From the IMG/VR virus record IMGVR_UViG_2858842621_000004: a stretch of 64,000 nucleotides of DNA. One strand, written 5' to 3'. A model generated the notes under the pieces. The model did no database searches. It had not been told where the DNA came from and was given only the letters and a program-made list of their open reading frames with translations. This document shows, in pieces, positions 48,216 to 57,661 of this stretch. The translations under genes and the position numbers were made by a program. The DNA comes from a virus. How positions within the stretch are numbered: the first letter of the stretch is position 1; each line of letters starts with the position of its first letter.

Positions 48216-49690
48216 GCTGCCTTCCTTGCCTTCGCCCATGCGATCTGGCGGGACTTCACCCATCGGGCAACCTCAGCCGAAACGGGGACCTCGACGCTTT
48301 CCAGACCACGCGGCCAGACGGTGAACTTTTCTTTGTATTTGTGCGCAACCCATCCATCGCTATAGCCACGCTCGTGCGCTACCGAAAGGAGTTCGCTATA
48401 CCAGCGCTGCTTGAGTTCCCTATCCGCAGTATTCGAGCCGGGGTTGAGTTCCTGTAGCTCTCCGGGCGTAGCGATCACTTCGCTCAGGCGCGGGCGAACA
48501 AAGCCACATGCGGCGCAGTCGTCACGTCGACCGAGCCAGACGGTGCCGCAACGAGGGCATACAGCGCGCTCTCTTTCCTGCTGGGTCGGCTCTTTGCGGG
48601 GCTTTTCCTTGCCTTCGTCCATCTTGTCGATGCCGTTGGCGTACACGTCTTCCCAGGCTTCCTGGAAACCCAGGTAGTTCCCCGAGTGGCACAACCACAG
48701 GGCGAACTCCTTGCCGGGCGAACTGCGCATGACGCGCCCCAACTGCTGGATATGCGATGCGAGGGATTTTGAGAAGGGCCGCGCGCTGATGCCGATCATC
48801 ACGTCCGGCACGTCAAAGCCCTTCGTGAGAATGTCCGTCGCGATCAAGCCATGAATGCTGGTATCGGGCTTGGCGAACTCGCGGATGGCTTCGGCTTTGA
48901 AGTCGTCATCGTCGCGGTACGACAGACTGACAAAGTTGTATCCAGCCTCGCCGAACTGCCGAGCCAGATCTGCGGCGTGCGCGACGCCTGCGGCGAAAAC
49001 AATGGTCTTTCGCGGGCCGCCAAACACCTCGTGCGTCTTCTTGACCCACTCGGCCACGATGTCGCCCGTTATCTTGATTCCGCGGGTCTCTACTTCCTTT
49101 GACGACCACTCCCCCGCGACTTTCTTGGCGCCATTCATGTCGATCTCTTTTCCGACATACACGCGCAACGGGGCCAACCTCCCTTGCTCTACCAATTGTT
49201 GAGTGGTGATTGCCGACACCACATTGGTGTAGATGCTCCCAAGGCCCTTGGTGAAGGGCGTTGCCGAAAGCCCTACTACCTTGATGCCGGGGTTGTTCTT
49301 GATGAACTCGATGGTCTGCGCACGGGTCTGATGGGCCTCATCGATAATGAGCAGTTTCATGTCCGGCAGCGAACCGCGCTTTTCCAGAGTCTGCGCGCTG
49401 CATACCTGAATCCGCTCATACGGGCGATGCCGCCAGTGGCCCGACTGCAGCACGCCGTGGTCGATGCTGTACTTATCCAGCCGTTCGCTGGTCTGGTTGC
49501 AAAGCACAATCCGGTCCAGAACCATTGCCGAACGGTTGTACTTGTCGCTGGCGGCCTTCATTAGGCTAATGCCCATTTCGGTCTTGCCCCCGCCAGTCGG
49601 GCAATACAGCATTTGCGCCCGGTGGCCTTCGGCAAAGCCGGTGCGCAGCTTGTCCAGGATGGCGATCTGATAGTCGCGAAGTTCGATCAT
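48212..49690 (-). CDS. SF2 DEAD/DEAH helicase with Zn ribbon
   Basis: PTGGGKT, IDEAH, GLSATP, QQLGRVMR, CPRC..CAAC. Confidence 0.92.
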   Translation of the reverse strand: MIELRDYQIAILDKLRTGFAEGHRAQMLYCPTGGGKTEMGISLMKAASDKYNRSAMVLDRIVLCNQTSERLDKYSIDHGVLQSGHWRHRPYERIQVCSAQTLEKRGSLPDMKLLIIDEAHQTRAQTIEFIKNNPGIKVVGLSATPFTKGLGSIYTNVVSAITTQQLVEQGRLAPLRVYVGKEIDMNGAKKVAGEWSSKEVETRGIKITGDIVAEWVKKTHEVFGGPRKTIVFAAGVAHAADLARQFGEAGYNFVSLSYRDDDDFKAEAIREFAKPDTSIHGLIATDILTKGFDVPDVMIGISARPFSKSLASHIQQLGRVMRSSPGKEFALWLCHSGNYLGFQEAWEDVYANGIDKMDEGKEKPRKEPTQQERERAVCPRCGTVWLGRRDDCAACGFVRPRLSEVIATPGELQELNPGSNTADRELKQRWYSELLSVAHERGYSDGWVAHKYKEKFTVWPRGLESVEVPVSAEVARWVKSRQIAWAKARKAA

Positions 49691-50517
49691 GCCGCTTTCT
49701 CCGCTTGTTTGCGCCAGTACGCGACTTGCTTTTGCATTTCGGAAACCTTCTGCATATAGGTATCTCGTGATGCCTTCAAGGCGTCGTTCTCGGCCTCAAG
49801 CGTGCGGACTCGCTCTCGCAGCTCGGCAATCGTGCTAGCTGCCTCGGCTTTCCCTTCCTCGTCAGCATCCATCTGTTCGACGGCTAGGCGGTCGCGCAGA
49901 GCCTCGTTTTCCGCAGCTAGGTCGGTGATTGCATGACGCGCTTCGGCAAGTTCATCGTTGGAAGACGGCACGGCTTCCAGCGGTGGAGCGATGGTGCGCT
50001 TGGACTTTCCGGGCCTTGTTCCTGTGATTTGCTCGACGGCGGCCGGCAGCGACGTTTCGCCGTGGGCCACCTTCTTGGCAAGTTCTGGGTCGGCTTTGGC
50101 AACCCTGTCGGCTCGCTTTTGTGTTGCGATACTGGCGCCCGATTGCGCGGCTCGGCCCGCCACCGTAGAAATAGGATCAGCTGATCCCTTTTCCGGCCGT
50201 CCGATCCCTTGAGCTGCTGCCCAGTCCTGGGCGCTCGCCACGATGGCAGCTTGTTGTCCCGGCGTCATGTGACGACGATGCAGGTTTGCCGATAGGACGA
50301 ACGACACTAGATTTCCGCCGTCGTATTCTTCGAACACAGGCTCGATGCCAGCATCAAGGCAGGCCCGATAGCGATTCCCACCATCCAGGATCATCCCGTC
50401 GTGCAAAACGATGGGTTGCCGCAAACCATTTGCAGCTACGTCTTCCCGTAGCGCATCAAGATCAGCGCCCGACATGCGCGGGAACAACGTGCAAAGGGGA
50501 TGCAATTGGTATTCCAT
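49687..50517 (-). CDS. ParB-like N-terminal domain protein
   Basis: HP...LFP.M, GLRQPI, ILDGGNRYRAC, SANLHRRH. Confidence 0.75.
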   Translation of the reverse strand: MEYQLHPLCTLFPRMSGADLDALREDVAANGLRQPIVLHDGMILDGGNRYRACLDAGIEPVFEEYDGGNLVSFVLSANLHRRHMTPGQQAAIVASAQDWAAAQGIGRPEKGSADPISTVAGRAAQSGASIATQKRADRVAKADPELAKKVAHGETSLPAAVEQITGTRPGKSKRTIAPPLEAVPSSNDELAEARHAITDLAAENEALRDRLAVEQMDADEEGKAEAASTIAELRERVRTLEAENDALKASRDTYMQKVSEMQKQVAYWRKQAEKAA

Positions 50518-50520
50518 GAT

Positions 50521-50994
50521 CTAAGCTCCTTTCACCAGACGACGCAGCGGCTCAATTGCCCGCTGGTAGTGCAATTCCACTTCTGCTGGCCACTTGCCCA
50601 ACTGCATCAACGCAGCGCGGGTTGCATCCACGTATTCCCATTCACGCTTCCAACGCTCAGCGCGCGGAATCCCACCTTGGTCATGCTGCCGGTGCAGATC
50701 GGGGTTCAGCGGGAAGCAAAGGCTGTCGCAAGCCTTCAAGCCGGCGCCCTTGGTGATGTTTACGTGGCAGGCTTGAGCAGCCCCACCAGTTACCAAACAA
50801 CCCAGCGCCACCACGTTGCGGCGGTGCTGTTCGCTTCTCAGTAGGGACGGCATCTTGTGGCCAGGCGGGCGATAGAAGCCCATGGCGATCTCCACCTTGC
50901 GGCCAAGACCTTCCCGGCGCTCGACCTTGGAACGAGCCATGGGAGCTTTCGACTTAAGAGGCGCGGTGCGCTTGAGGGTGGGATTCCAGGTCAT
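50521..50994 (-). CDS. DUF968/Ref-like HNH-type nuclease
   Basis: LGCLVTG..QACH...G.GLK..D...PL...H..HD. Confidence 0.6.
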   Translation of the reverse strand: MTWNPTLKRTAPLKSKAPMARSKVERREGLGRKVEIAMGFYRPPGHKMPSLLRSEQHRRNVVALGCLVTGGAAQACHVNITKGAGLKACDSLCFPLNPDLHRQHDQGGIPRAERWKREWEYVDATRAALMQLGKWPAEVELHYQRAIEPLRRLVKGA

Positions 50995-51149
50995 TCTTTG
51001 TCTCCGACCTCAACGCACTTGAAGGTCTTCTTGCCAACGTAGAACGACCCCAAGCGCTGGCATTCAGTGGCCACCGTTACGTGCGCGTAGCACCAGCCAA
51101 TGAGCATGGCGACCCAGATTGATGCGCAGGCCAAGGCAAGTCGAATCAT
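50991..51149 (-). CDS. Small phage membrane protein (not in ORF track)
   Basis: MIRLALAC...AHVTVATECQRLGSFYVGKKTFKC; ATGA overlaps at both ends. Confidence 0.6.
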   Translation of the reverse strand: MIRLALACASIWVAMLIGWCYAHVTVATECQRLGSFYVGKKTFKCVEVGDKE

Positions 51150-51598
51150 TTCCGCCTCTCCATGTAGGGCTTGCGTACGCGGTCATGAAAGGTCTGGGCA
51201 GCCACCGGGTCATGGTCCAACTGGCGCCGGCTCTGAATTCCGCAGATGCTGAGAATCCAATCCTTGGCTCCTTCCGGGTTCTGCGCGTATCCGGCGAACT
51301 CCCAGAAGTCGGGTTGTTGGCAGAATATCCCCGCCAGCTTCGCCAGTTCACCGCCCTTGGGTTCCGATGCCGTGGTTCCGGCATCGCGAGAAACGGGTTT
51401 CTCGTCGTCGCCAATCTCCACGGCCACCAGCGCTAGGCGCTGACCGGCCGTTTTGCCCTTGGCAACGGTCATGGCCTTGAAGGCTTCCAGGTCGGTGTCG
51501 TCCTGGAGCCAGAACGTGACCTTGGCCCCGCCGTTGTGGGTTTGCGACCAGCCGGCGAGCATGACCTCACCTTGGAAAGCGACAGGAACGCTCATCAC
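51146..51598 (-). CDS. Conserved phage hypothetical protein
   Basis: C-terminus similar to 5241..5564. Confidence 0.65.
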   Translation of the reverse strand: MMSVPVAFQGEVMLAGWSQTHNGGAKVTFWLQDDTDLEAFKAMTVAKGKTAGQRLALVAVEIGDDEKPVSRDAGTTASEPKGGELAKLAGIFCQQPDFWEFAGYAQNPEGAKDWILSICGIQSRRQLDHDPVAAQTFHDRVRKPYMERRK

Positions 51599-52131
51599 TG
51601 CCCCCTGCCCTTGGAGACTGCGCGGAGAATGTTCCGCTCCATGCGGTGCAGGATCACGCGAGCCGAGCGGATGAGCGCCAAGAGCGGACCCGCTTCCTCT
51701 TCCGTGATTTCCCCATCCTCAGCCGCTTCACTGGTAAGGCCAGAAATCTTCCCAAGCTTGGTCACCAGGCTGAGACACTTGTCCTTCAAGGCTCCGATCT
51801 CGCAGGCCCACCCACCGACAGGCGCCGGCGGCACCGGATCGCAGTGAATCCCTTCTTGGGTATTGACCGTCTGTAGCCATCGGTGGGAATAGTCGACGCC
51901 GGCCTTGGACTGCATCCATTCCGACAGCATGAGCGCCAAGTCGACGTCAACAGATTCACCAGGCAGCCCGCGCAACTTCCGGCGCAAGGCCTCGGGATGA
52001 ATCGAGACGCCGCGGCGGTCTGTTAGGAATCGAGCAGCGTCCTGCAGGCCGCCATCAGTTTTGCGAACGTCGCTGTACAGAACGTCACGCCAATGCAATT
52101 CAGAGTAGTTACACGTCATCACTGATCCCAT
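51595..52131 (-). CDS. CII-like regulatory protein
   Basis: LRRKLR HTH region, DGEITEEE motif; follows cro. Confidence 0.65.
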   Translation of the reverse strand: MGSVMTCNYSELHWRDVLYSDVRKTDGGLQDAARFLTDRRGVSIHPEALRRKLRGLPGESVDVDLALMLSEWMQSKAGVDYSHRWLQTVNTQEGIHCDPVPPAPVGGWACEIGALKDKCLSLVTKLGKISGLTSEAAEDGEITEEEAGPLLALIRSARVILHRMERNILRAVSKGRGQ

Positions 52132-52336
52132 CCAACATTTCAGCGTTACAGTTCTCGAGCAGCGGGCCTAAGATGCAGCCCATGGAAAACCACAACGACC
52201 CCAAGCAAGTGACCCGAGCACACCTCTTCGCTCGAATCGACGCCACGCGGCTTTCTCATCCAGGCCAGGAGCCTGCCGAGGGCATACAGCCGGCAGCTGA
52301 AGACCCCGAGCGCTCAGCCGAACAGGCCGACAAGAA

Positions 52337-52501
52337 ATGACCGAAACTGAGAAGCTGTTGAAGAACGCGGCAGACGTAGCCAAGCGCACGTTCATCGACC
52401 CGACCGAATCGGCCGTTATGGAAATCTTCAAGGAGCTGTGTGCCGAGCGTGACCGCATGGCGTGGGCTTCCGAGGGGTTCGAGAGTGCGACAGTGCATTG
52501 A
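52337..52501 (+). CDS. Small hypothetical protein antisense to the cro operon (not in ORF track)
   Basis: MTETEKLLKNAADVAKRTFIDPTESAVMEIFKELCAERDR..., 54 aa. Confidence 0.5.
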   Translation: MTETEKLLKNAADVAKRTFIDPTESAVMEIFKELCAERDRMAWASEGFESATVH

Positions 52502-52503
52502 CC

Positions 52504-52779
52504 TCATGCTGAAATCTCGCTCGTCACAGAAGCTCGGCCAGCGCGCACCGGCTTTGACCAAATGACATGACCATCTGTCGGGCGGCACGAAGCTCGCGGG
52601 ACTTTCCCCTTGGTGAGTTTTTCAATCGCCACGCAGTACGTGGGATCCATTGGGCGCTCACCGGAAATCATCTGGGACAGGTACGAGTCCGATACGCCCA
52701 GGCCCTTGGCCAGGTCAGTCAAGCGGCCTCGTTTGGCCTTCACATATGCCGCTAGGGCTTCGAGCTTTAGCTTTTCCAT
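52504..52779 (-). CDS. cro: Cro-like HTH regulator (YdaS family)
   Basis: LAKGLGVSDSYLSQMISG, IEKLTKGKV...RP. Confidence 0.85.
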   Translation of the reverse strand: MEKLKLEALAAYVKAKRGRLTDLAKGLGVSDSYLSQMISGERPMDPTYCVAIEKLTKGKVPRASCRPTDGHVIWSKPVRAGRASVTSEISA

Positions 52780-52784
52780 GCGTC

Positions 52785-52841
52785 AACTTTAGCATTGGCG
52801 AAAGCGAAACACAAGCCTATGCGAAACCAGCAAAAGCTAAA
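52785..52841. promoter_or_regulatory. OR-like operators of prophage 2 (TTTCGC-N4-GCTAAA family)
   Basis: AACTTTAGCATTGGCGAAAG 52785 and CAAGCCTATGCGAAA 52812 are near reverse complements of sites at 54056 and 54034. Confidence 0.75.
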
Positions 52842-52850
52842 TTTCATTGC

Positions 52851-53555
52851 ATGAGAACAACACTTGCTGAAGTGCGCCGGCTGAACCTTCGCCGCCTGAT
52901 AGACGACGAAATGGACGGTATGCAGTCCCGGATTAAAGACCGGACAGGGATCTCTTTGTCGCAGATCGGCCAATGGCTAAGCGGCGATCGCAACATGAGC
53001 GAGACATCCGCGCGCAAGTTGGAAGCCGGCCTGCGACTAGATGAAGGCTGGCTAGATCGGCGCCCTGGGGAAGCTGCCTCTACCACCACCACTGAGACGG
53101 CCGCGATCGATAAACCTGACGATGTATTTGTCCCTATTTCAAATGCAACAGGAAGCATGGGCTTCGGGTCGCATCGCAACGTAGCGGAGCAGATCATCGA
53201 CACCATGCGGGTGACGCGTTCTTGGATTGCTCACGCTTTTCCCAATCTGTCGGCGATCGACAATCTGGGGATGCTCACCGCATTCGGCGATTCGATGGAG
53301 CCAACCTTCTCAGATGGCGATCTGGTTTTGGTGGACCGTGGTATCACCGAGATCAAGCTAGATGCGGTTTACGTGATTGCCCGTGGCGATGAATTGTTTA
53401 TCAAGCGCGTGCGCCGGCAACTGCATGACGGCGCGATCCTGATCCAGTCTGATAACCCCCTATTTGGGCCGCCCGAGAAAATTGTTGACGGAGAGAGAGA
53501 CAGCTTGACCGTTCTAGGGCGCGTAATTTGGGCGTGGCGGGGCAAGAAGCTATGA
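52851..53555 (+). CDS. cI: CI repressor (HTH + S24 peptidase)
   Basis: N-terminal HTH, GDSMEPT..DGD, FIKRV, SDNP, VLGRV. Confidence 0.92.
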   Translation: MRTTLAEVRRLNLRRLIDDEMDGMQSRIKDRTGISLSQIGQWLSGDRNMSETSARKLEAGLRLDEGWLDRRPGEAASTTTTETAAIDKPDDVFVPISNATGSMGFGSHRNVAEQIIDTMRVTRSWIAHAFPNLSAIDNLGMLTAFGDSMEPTFSDGDLVLVDRGITEIKLDAVYVIARGDELFIKRVRRQLHDGAILIQSDNPLFGPPEKIVDGERDSLTVLGRVIWAWRGKKL

Positions 53556-53968
53556 AAGCTCGCTCGATAGCCGCGCTCACTATTGGCTGCCTGGCCGCCG
53601 GGGCCAGCCTGTCTGTCACAGGCGCGGCCCCGTTGCCCATGCCCCACCAGAAAACACTAGAGCTGGCAATCCAGCAGTGTGAGGATTTCGCCTTTGGCTC
53701 AGGCGATAAGGCGCTCGCGGCAACTTGCAACCGGCGGAACCAGGCCGCGTGGTCCGCGCTGAAGATGGCTTCTACCTCTCCCGTTCCAGTCGAGTACTGG
53801 GCGTCCTGCCATCGGGCTGCTGGTGGGAATAATGGCCTGGTGCTTGAGTTGTGGGAAAAATGCATCACCTTTGCTCAACAGCAGTGCGAGCACGGCGCGA
53901 AGTCAGGCAGCGCTGAATGGAACCAGTGTGTCAGGGCAATCAATAGCCGATCCTGGATCTACCGGTAG
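53552..53968 (+). CDS. Secreted Cys-rich protein coupled to cI
   Basis: Signal peptide, six Cys in mature part, ATGA overlap with cI stop. Confidence 0.65.
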   Translation: MKARSIAALTIGCLAAGASLSVTGAAPLPMPHQKTLELAIQQCEDFAFGSGDKALAATCNRRNQAAWSALKMASTSPVPVEYWASCHRAAGGNNGLVLELWEKCITFAQQQCEHGAKSGSAEWNQCVRAINSRSWIYR

Positions 53969-54019
53969 TCCCTCCCGGCGTAGTCCGTCCCAATAGCAGA
54001 CGCCCAACCGGCGTCTTTA

Positions 54020-54075
54020 TTTTCGCATTTCGCTTTCGCATATGCTTGACTTTAACTTTCGCTTTGGCTAAAGTT
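54020..54075 (+). promoter_or_regulatory. OL/PL-like operators and promoter
   Basis: TTTCGCATATGCTTG 54034, CTTTCGCTTTGGCTAAAGTT 54056; TTGACT-17bp-TAAAGT. Confidence 0.75.
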
Positions 54076-54459
54076 CACTCATGCGCTGCAAACACAGCGA
54101 AGCAAGACCCCCACGGACCCTCAGCCAGCAGTCAGGGCATCGCCTCAAGAGGGAGACGTACCGCCACGAAGTCGGATGGGGAAGGCGAGCAAGCAGTACC
54201 AGCAGTACCCGCTCTTTATTGGCCTGGCCCAACCAGGCAAGTACGTCGTTGGCGAGGACGCTAAATCGCAATGCACCTACGGCCGGTGGATAAACGAGTC
54301 GTGCTCGGGGAGGGACCGCATAGCGGACAAGCCGAGGCAGCAGATGAAAGCCTGCTGCGCTGGTCATCGGAAGCCCCGATGCCCGGATGCCAGACCCACA
54401 AGATGGGGCAACGACTGGCAATTCATCTGTCAGCCCGTTCTATGAGCGCTGGCTGACGA

Positions 54460-54744
54460 ATGAACAAGGAGATTGGGATGTCTGATTTGGATGCTGGCTA
54501 CGACTTCACCGGCCTAACGCAAGCGCAGGAATGGCTGATCTGTTTGCAGGGTTGGCATGTTGGCAAGAAGTATCCCGATGGCTCACCGTGGCCTCAGCCC
54601 AGCAAGCGCACGGTGAAGAAGTTGATTGACCGAGGCTTGGTCGTTGAGCGGAAGGTAGACATGCCCGTGCGCGGCGGCTTTGTGATGGTCACCGAGTACG
54701 AAGTGCCGCTTGCCGTCCACCTTGCGTACTGCATGAGCCAGTAG
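54460..54744 (+). CDS. Hypothetical phage protein
   Basis: AAGGAG RBS (start may be ATG 54478); TVKKLIDRGLV wHTH-like. Confidence 0.6.
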   Translation: MNKEIGMSDLDAGYDFTGLTQAQEWLICLQGWHVGKKYPDGSPWPQPSKRTVKKLIDRGLVVERKVDMPVRGGFVMVTEYEVPLAVHLAYCMSQ

Positions 54745-54790
54745 CGTCCTGCGCCGTGACAGGACGCAGACACGTGAACAGGAGAACTTG

Positions 54791-55153
54791 ATGTCAGAGC
54801 AATTCAAAGACTACGTGACCGGCGGCGCGTTCCATTTGTCGCTGTCCAAGCGACAGGTTGAGATGCTTGGCCATCTCTATCAGTTCGGATCGACGTGGGG
54901 CTATCTCTCAAGCTGCAACGCGCTCATCGCAAAGGGATTGGCGGAGCGCATTGAAGAGGAAGAACCGGGCGGCGAAGGAACGTGCCTTGTTGGATCCGGG
55001 AAGGTTGTGTTGTCAGAAGCTGGCAAAGCCTTGATGCCGCTACTGATCTTGGCTGGCCTCTACCAACCGTGGGAAATGCCCCAGCCAGTCGAAATACCGC
55101 CCGTCAACATCCGCATCAAGCGACGCGATGAAAGCGAAGTGCTGGAACGCTAA
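54791..55153 (+). CDS. Hypothetical phage protein (wHTH-like)
   Basis: AGGAG RBS; ALIAKGLAE...LSEAGK. Confidence 0.6.
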   Translation: MSEQFKDYVTGGAFHLSLSKRQVEMLGHLYQFGSTWGYLSSCNALIAKGLAERIEEEEPGGEGTCLVGSGKVVLSEAGKALMPLLILAGLYQPWEMPQPVEIPPVNIRIKRRDESEVLER

Positions 55154-55232
55154 CCCCTGCCCACCCCTATAGCGCTGGCAGGTTAAAGAAACTGGAATAT
55201 CTCCCCGCACCGGGGAGAAACGGGAGAACAGC

Positions 55233-55511
55233 ATGGAAAGCACTCACCTGCCGGCCCAATCCGTCGTCTACGTGATGAGCAACGACGGTTTGTCGTGCGT
55301 CGGATCCGATCTGGCCATTACGGCTGCCCGCGCTGCCGGCGTGGTCCTGCACAAGCACGGCGACGGCCCCATCCCTCGCGGGGAGTTGGTTGTGTACCGC
55401 GCTGAACCCGGTTGGTTCGGGGTACGGCGCACGGGCACCGAAGGCCGTATCTTGCGCCGCCGCTCGTTCGACCGAGCCTTGACCGCCGCCCAGCGCATCG
55501 CCTCTGCCTGA
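55233..55511 (+). CDS. Hypothetical phage protein
   Basis: GGGAG RBS, 92 aa. Confidence 0.55.
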   Translation: MESTHLPAQSVVYVMSNDGLSCVGSDLAITAARAAGVVLHKHGDGPIPRGELVVYRAEPGWFGVRRTGTEGRILRRRSFDRALTAAQRIASA

Positions 55512-55555
55512 CCTTCCCCACCCGCCCCGGGTGCCGGGGCAATAGCGCATCTACA

Positions 55556-55708
55556 TGAATCCTGAAAGAAGCGGCGGCGCTGATGGAAGCGCTCACCTTT
55601 GCGATTGCAGGGGCGATGTCTGCGGCGTCCTGGCCATGCATGCCCGCCCGCCAGGGCAAACGTCAACGATAGCCAGTGTCGAGTCTGGCCCGCTTCTTTC
55701 AGGATTCA
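55556..55708 (+). ncRNA. Candidate tRNA-like structured RNA A
   Basis: Perfect 19-bp closing stem 55556-55574/55690-55708, D-like arm GCGCT-GATGGA-AGCGC, T-like arm GCCAG-TGTCGAGT-CTGGC abutting the 3' strand. Confidence 0.55.
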
Positions 55709-55730
55709 CATACCAAGAGAGGGATATACC

Positions 55731-56177
55731 GTGAGATACGAGAGGGCCGCCTGGCCGTTGCAGCGTCGAATCGACGAGAAAATCGTCAAGGCATCTGATG
55801 GCTGCTGGAATTGGACCGGAACCAAGCAGAAGACCGGCCATGGCCGGATAAAAGTCGACAAGCGGAATCGTTGCGCTCATCGAGTTGTTTTTGAGTTGCT
55901 AAGAGGTTCGATTCCTGACGGGCTGGTTCTAGATCACCTTTGCCGCAACCCGAGCTGTGTAAATCCGGAACACCTTGAGCCGGTTACGCAACGAGAAAAC
56001 TTATTGCGCGGCAAGACAATCATTGCAGCGAATGCTGCCAAGACGCATTGCCCTCATGGCCATCCCTACGCTGGCGATAACCTGAAGATAAATGTGAATG
56101 GCCAACGCGTTTGTGTGACCTGCAGCCGCATTTCTGACAAGAAGTACAACGCAAAGAGGAACAATCATGCATTTTGA
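55731..56177 (+). CDS. HNH endonuclease
   Basis: [43 protein letters not shown]; start set at GTG after GAGGG. Confidence 0.85.
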   Translation: MRYERAAWPLQRRIDEKIVKASDGCWNWTGTKQKTGHGRIKVDKRNRCAHRVVFELLRGSIPDGLVLDHLCRNPSCVNPEHLEPVTQRENLLRGKTIIAANAAKTHCPHGHPYAGDNLKINVNGQRVCVTCSRISDKKYNAKRNNHAF

Positions 56178-56865
56178 AATCAAAAATCGTTGGACTGGCG
56201 CCGTGCTCTTCACGGCTGACGTGCCCGAGGGCACCGAGAGCGGGTTGATTGCCCGCGTGGCGCTGGAGCAAGCCGTGGAGGCCAGTGCCTACCTGGGCGA
56301 TGCCAACCTGCGCGGTGCCTACCTGGGCGATGCCAACCTGCGCGGTGCCGACCTGCGCGGTGCCTACCTGGGCGATGCCAACCTGCGCGGTGCCTACCTG
56401 GGCGATGCCAACCTGGGCGGTGCCAACCTGGGCGGTGCCAACCTGCGCGGTGCCGACCTGCGCGGTGCCAACCTGGGCGGTGCCAACCTGCGCGGTGCCA
56501 ACCTGGGCGGTGCCAACCTGCGCGGTGCCAACCTGGGCGGTGCCGACCTGCGCGATGCCAACCTGGGCGGTGCCAACCTGGGCGAACTTCGCGGCATCTG
56601 GGGCGCTTCCGGCAACCTGCGCGAAATCAAGGCCATCCAGTGCGATACGTGGCCCGTCACCTACACCGCGACCCACATGCAGATCGGCTGCCAGTTCCAC
56701 GAACTGGAGCGCTGGTGGTCTTTCACCGACGAGCAGATCGCCAGGATGGATTCGTCGGCTCTGGAATGGTGGCAGAAGTGGAAGCCTGTGCTGCACACGA
56801 TCATCACCATGTCGCCGGCCGTTCCTGGTGGCGAGAAGCCGGCTGAGGATTCACATACCGATTAA
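56167..56865 (+). CDS. Pentapeptide repeat protein
   Basis: 20 A(N/D/Y)L(R/G)(G/D) units; C-terminal MQIGCQ.H....W domain. Confidence 0.9.
   Translation: MHFEIKNRWTGAVLFTADVPEGTESGLIARVALEQAVEASAYLGDANLRGAYLGDANLRGADLRGAYLGDANLRGAYLGDANLGGANLGGANLRGADLRGANLGGANLRGANLGGANLRGANLGGADLRDANLGGANLGELRGIWGASGNLREIKAIQCDTWPVTYTATHMQIGCQFHELERWWSFTDEQIARMDSSALEWWQKWKPVLHTIITMSPAVPGGEKPAEDSHTD
56287..56586 (+). repeat. 15-bp coding tandem repeat, 20 units
   Basis: GCC(A/G/T)ACCTG(C/G)GCG(G/A)T. Confidence 0.9.
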
Positions 56866-57023
56866 CAAGGAGAGCTAAATGCTTGGATCACTGATCGCTG
56901 GCATCGGCGGTGGCCTTGTCGCCTTTGCGGCTGGTCCTGCTGACAGGTTGGAGTGGTGGCTAGCAATGGCTGGGGCATTGCTTGTCTTGTTCGGTCAGCA
57001 TGTCGATTAACAAGGAGAGCAAG

Positions 57024-57323
57024 ATGGCATCCAACCCGACGCCTTCGCAATTGAAGCGCCTGCGCCAAATTGCGGATGGCGCTATCTACCGCCAAGGACA
57101 TACCTGGATTTCAAGCTTCTACGTGCGTGGAAGCAATCGTTCAATCCCTTACGACATGATGGGGCGCATGCACAAAGCTGGGTGGATCGATGCTCGAACG
57201 ACAGACGGCTTTTACTACAACGTCGTGTTGACGGATGCCGGCAGAGAAATCCTGGGATTGCCGAAGGACGAGCCAAAGAACCAGTACCCACTTGGCTACA
57301 TGCAAGGACGTGGCGCCGCTTAG
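57024..57323 (+). CDS. Hypothetical phage protein (wHTH-like)
   Basis: AAGGAG RBS before MASNPT; LTDAGRE. Confidence 0.6.
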   Translation: MASNPTPSQLKRLRQIADGAIYRQGHTWISSFYVRGSNRSIPYDMMGRMHKAGWIDARTTDGFYYNVVLTDAGREILGLPKDEPKNQYPLGYMQGRGAA

Positions 57324-57661
57324 TAGTTCCCTCCCAGCCTTCCAAGCCCAGCATCAATACCGTTCCGGATGCATACGGACGTGACGATGCTGGAGCCGTG
57401 AAGGTAGGACGTAAACCTGGGCCGCGTCAGTGTCCAGGAACTCTCATCAGATGGCATCGTGGCTGCGCTTTGGCAACGCAGCACAACCAACCATGCGACT
57501 ACGTGTAGGTACGAAAACCGGGGCCGTACACCGGACGCGGTGCCATCTGATGAGGGTAAAGCGCAGCCCAGCGCAAGCGCGGGAGCAGGTGCAGATGGCC
57601 CGTTCGATTCGGCCTACCGCGTATGGGAATAGCCCTCATGACACCCCGGAAAGACGGGGAT

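Noticed and set aside
56287..56586. AAC/GAC/TAC variation in the pentapeptide tract as a DGR target
   Set aside because: No similarity to TR, variation also at C/G positions, and no downstream hairpin.
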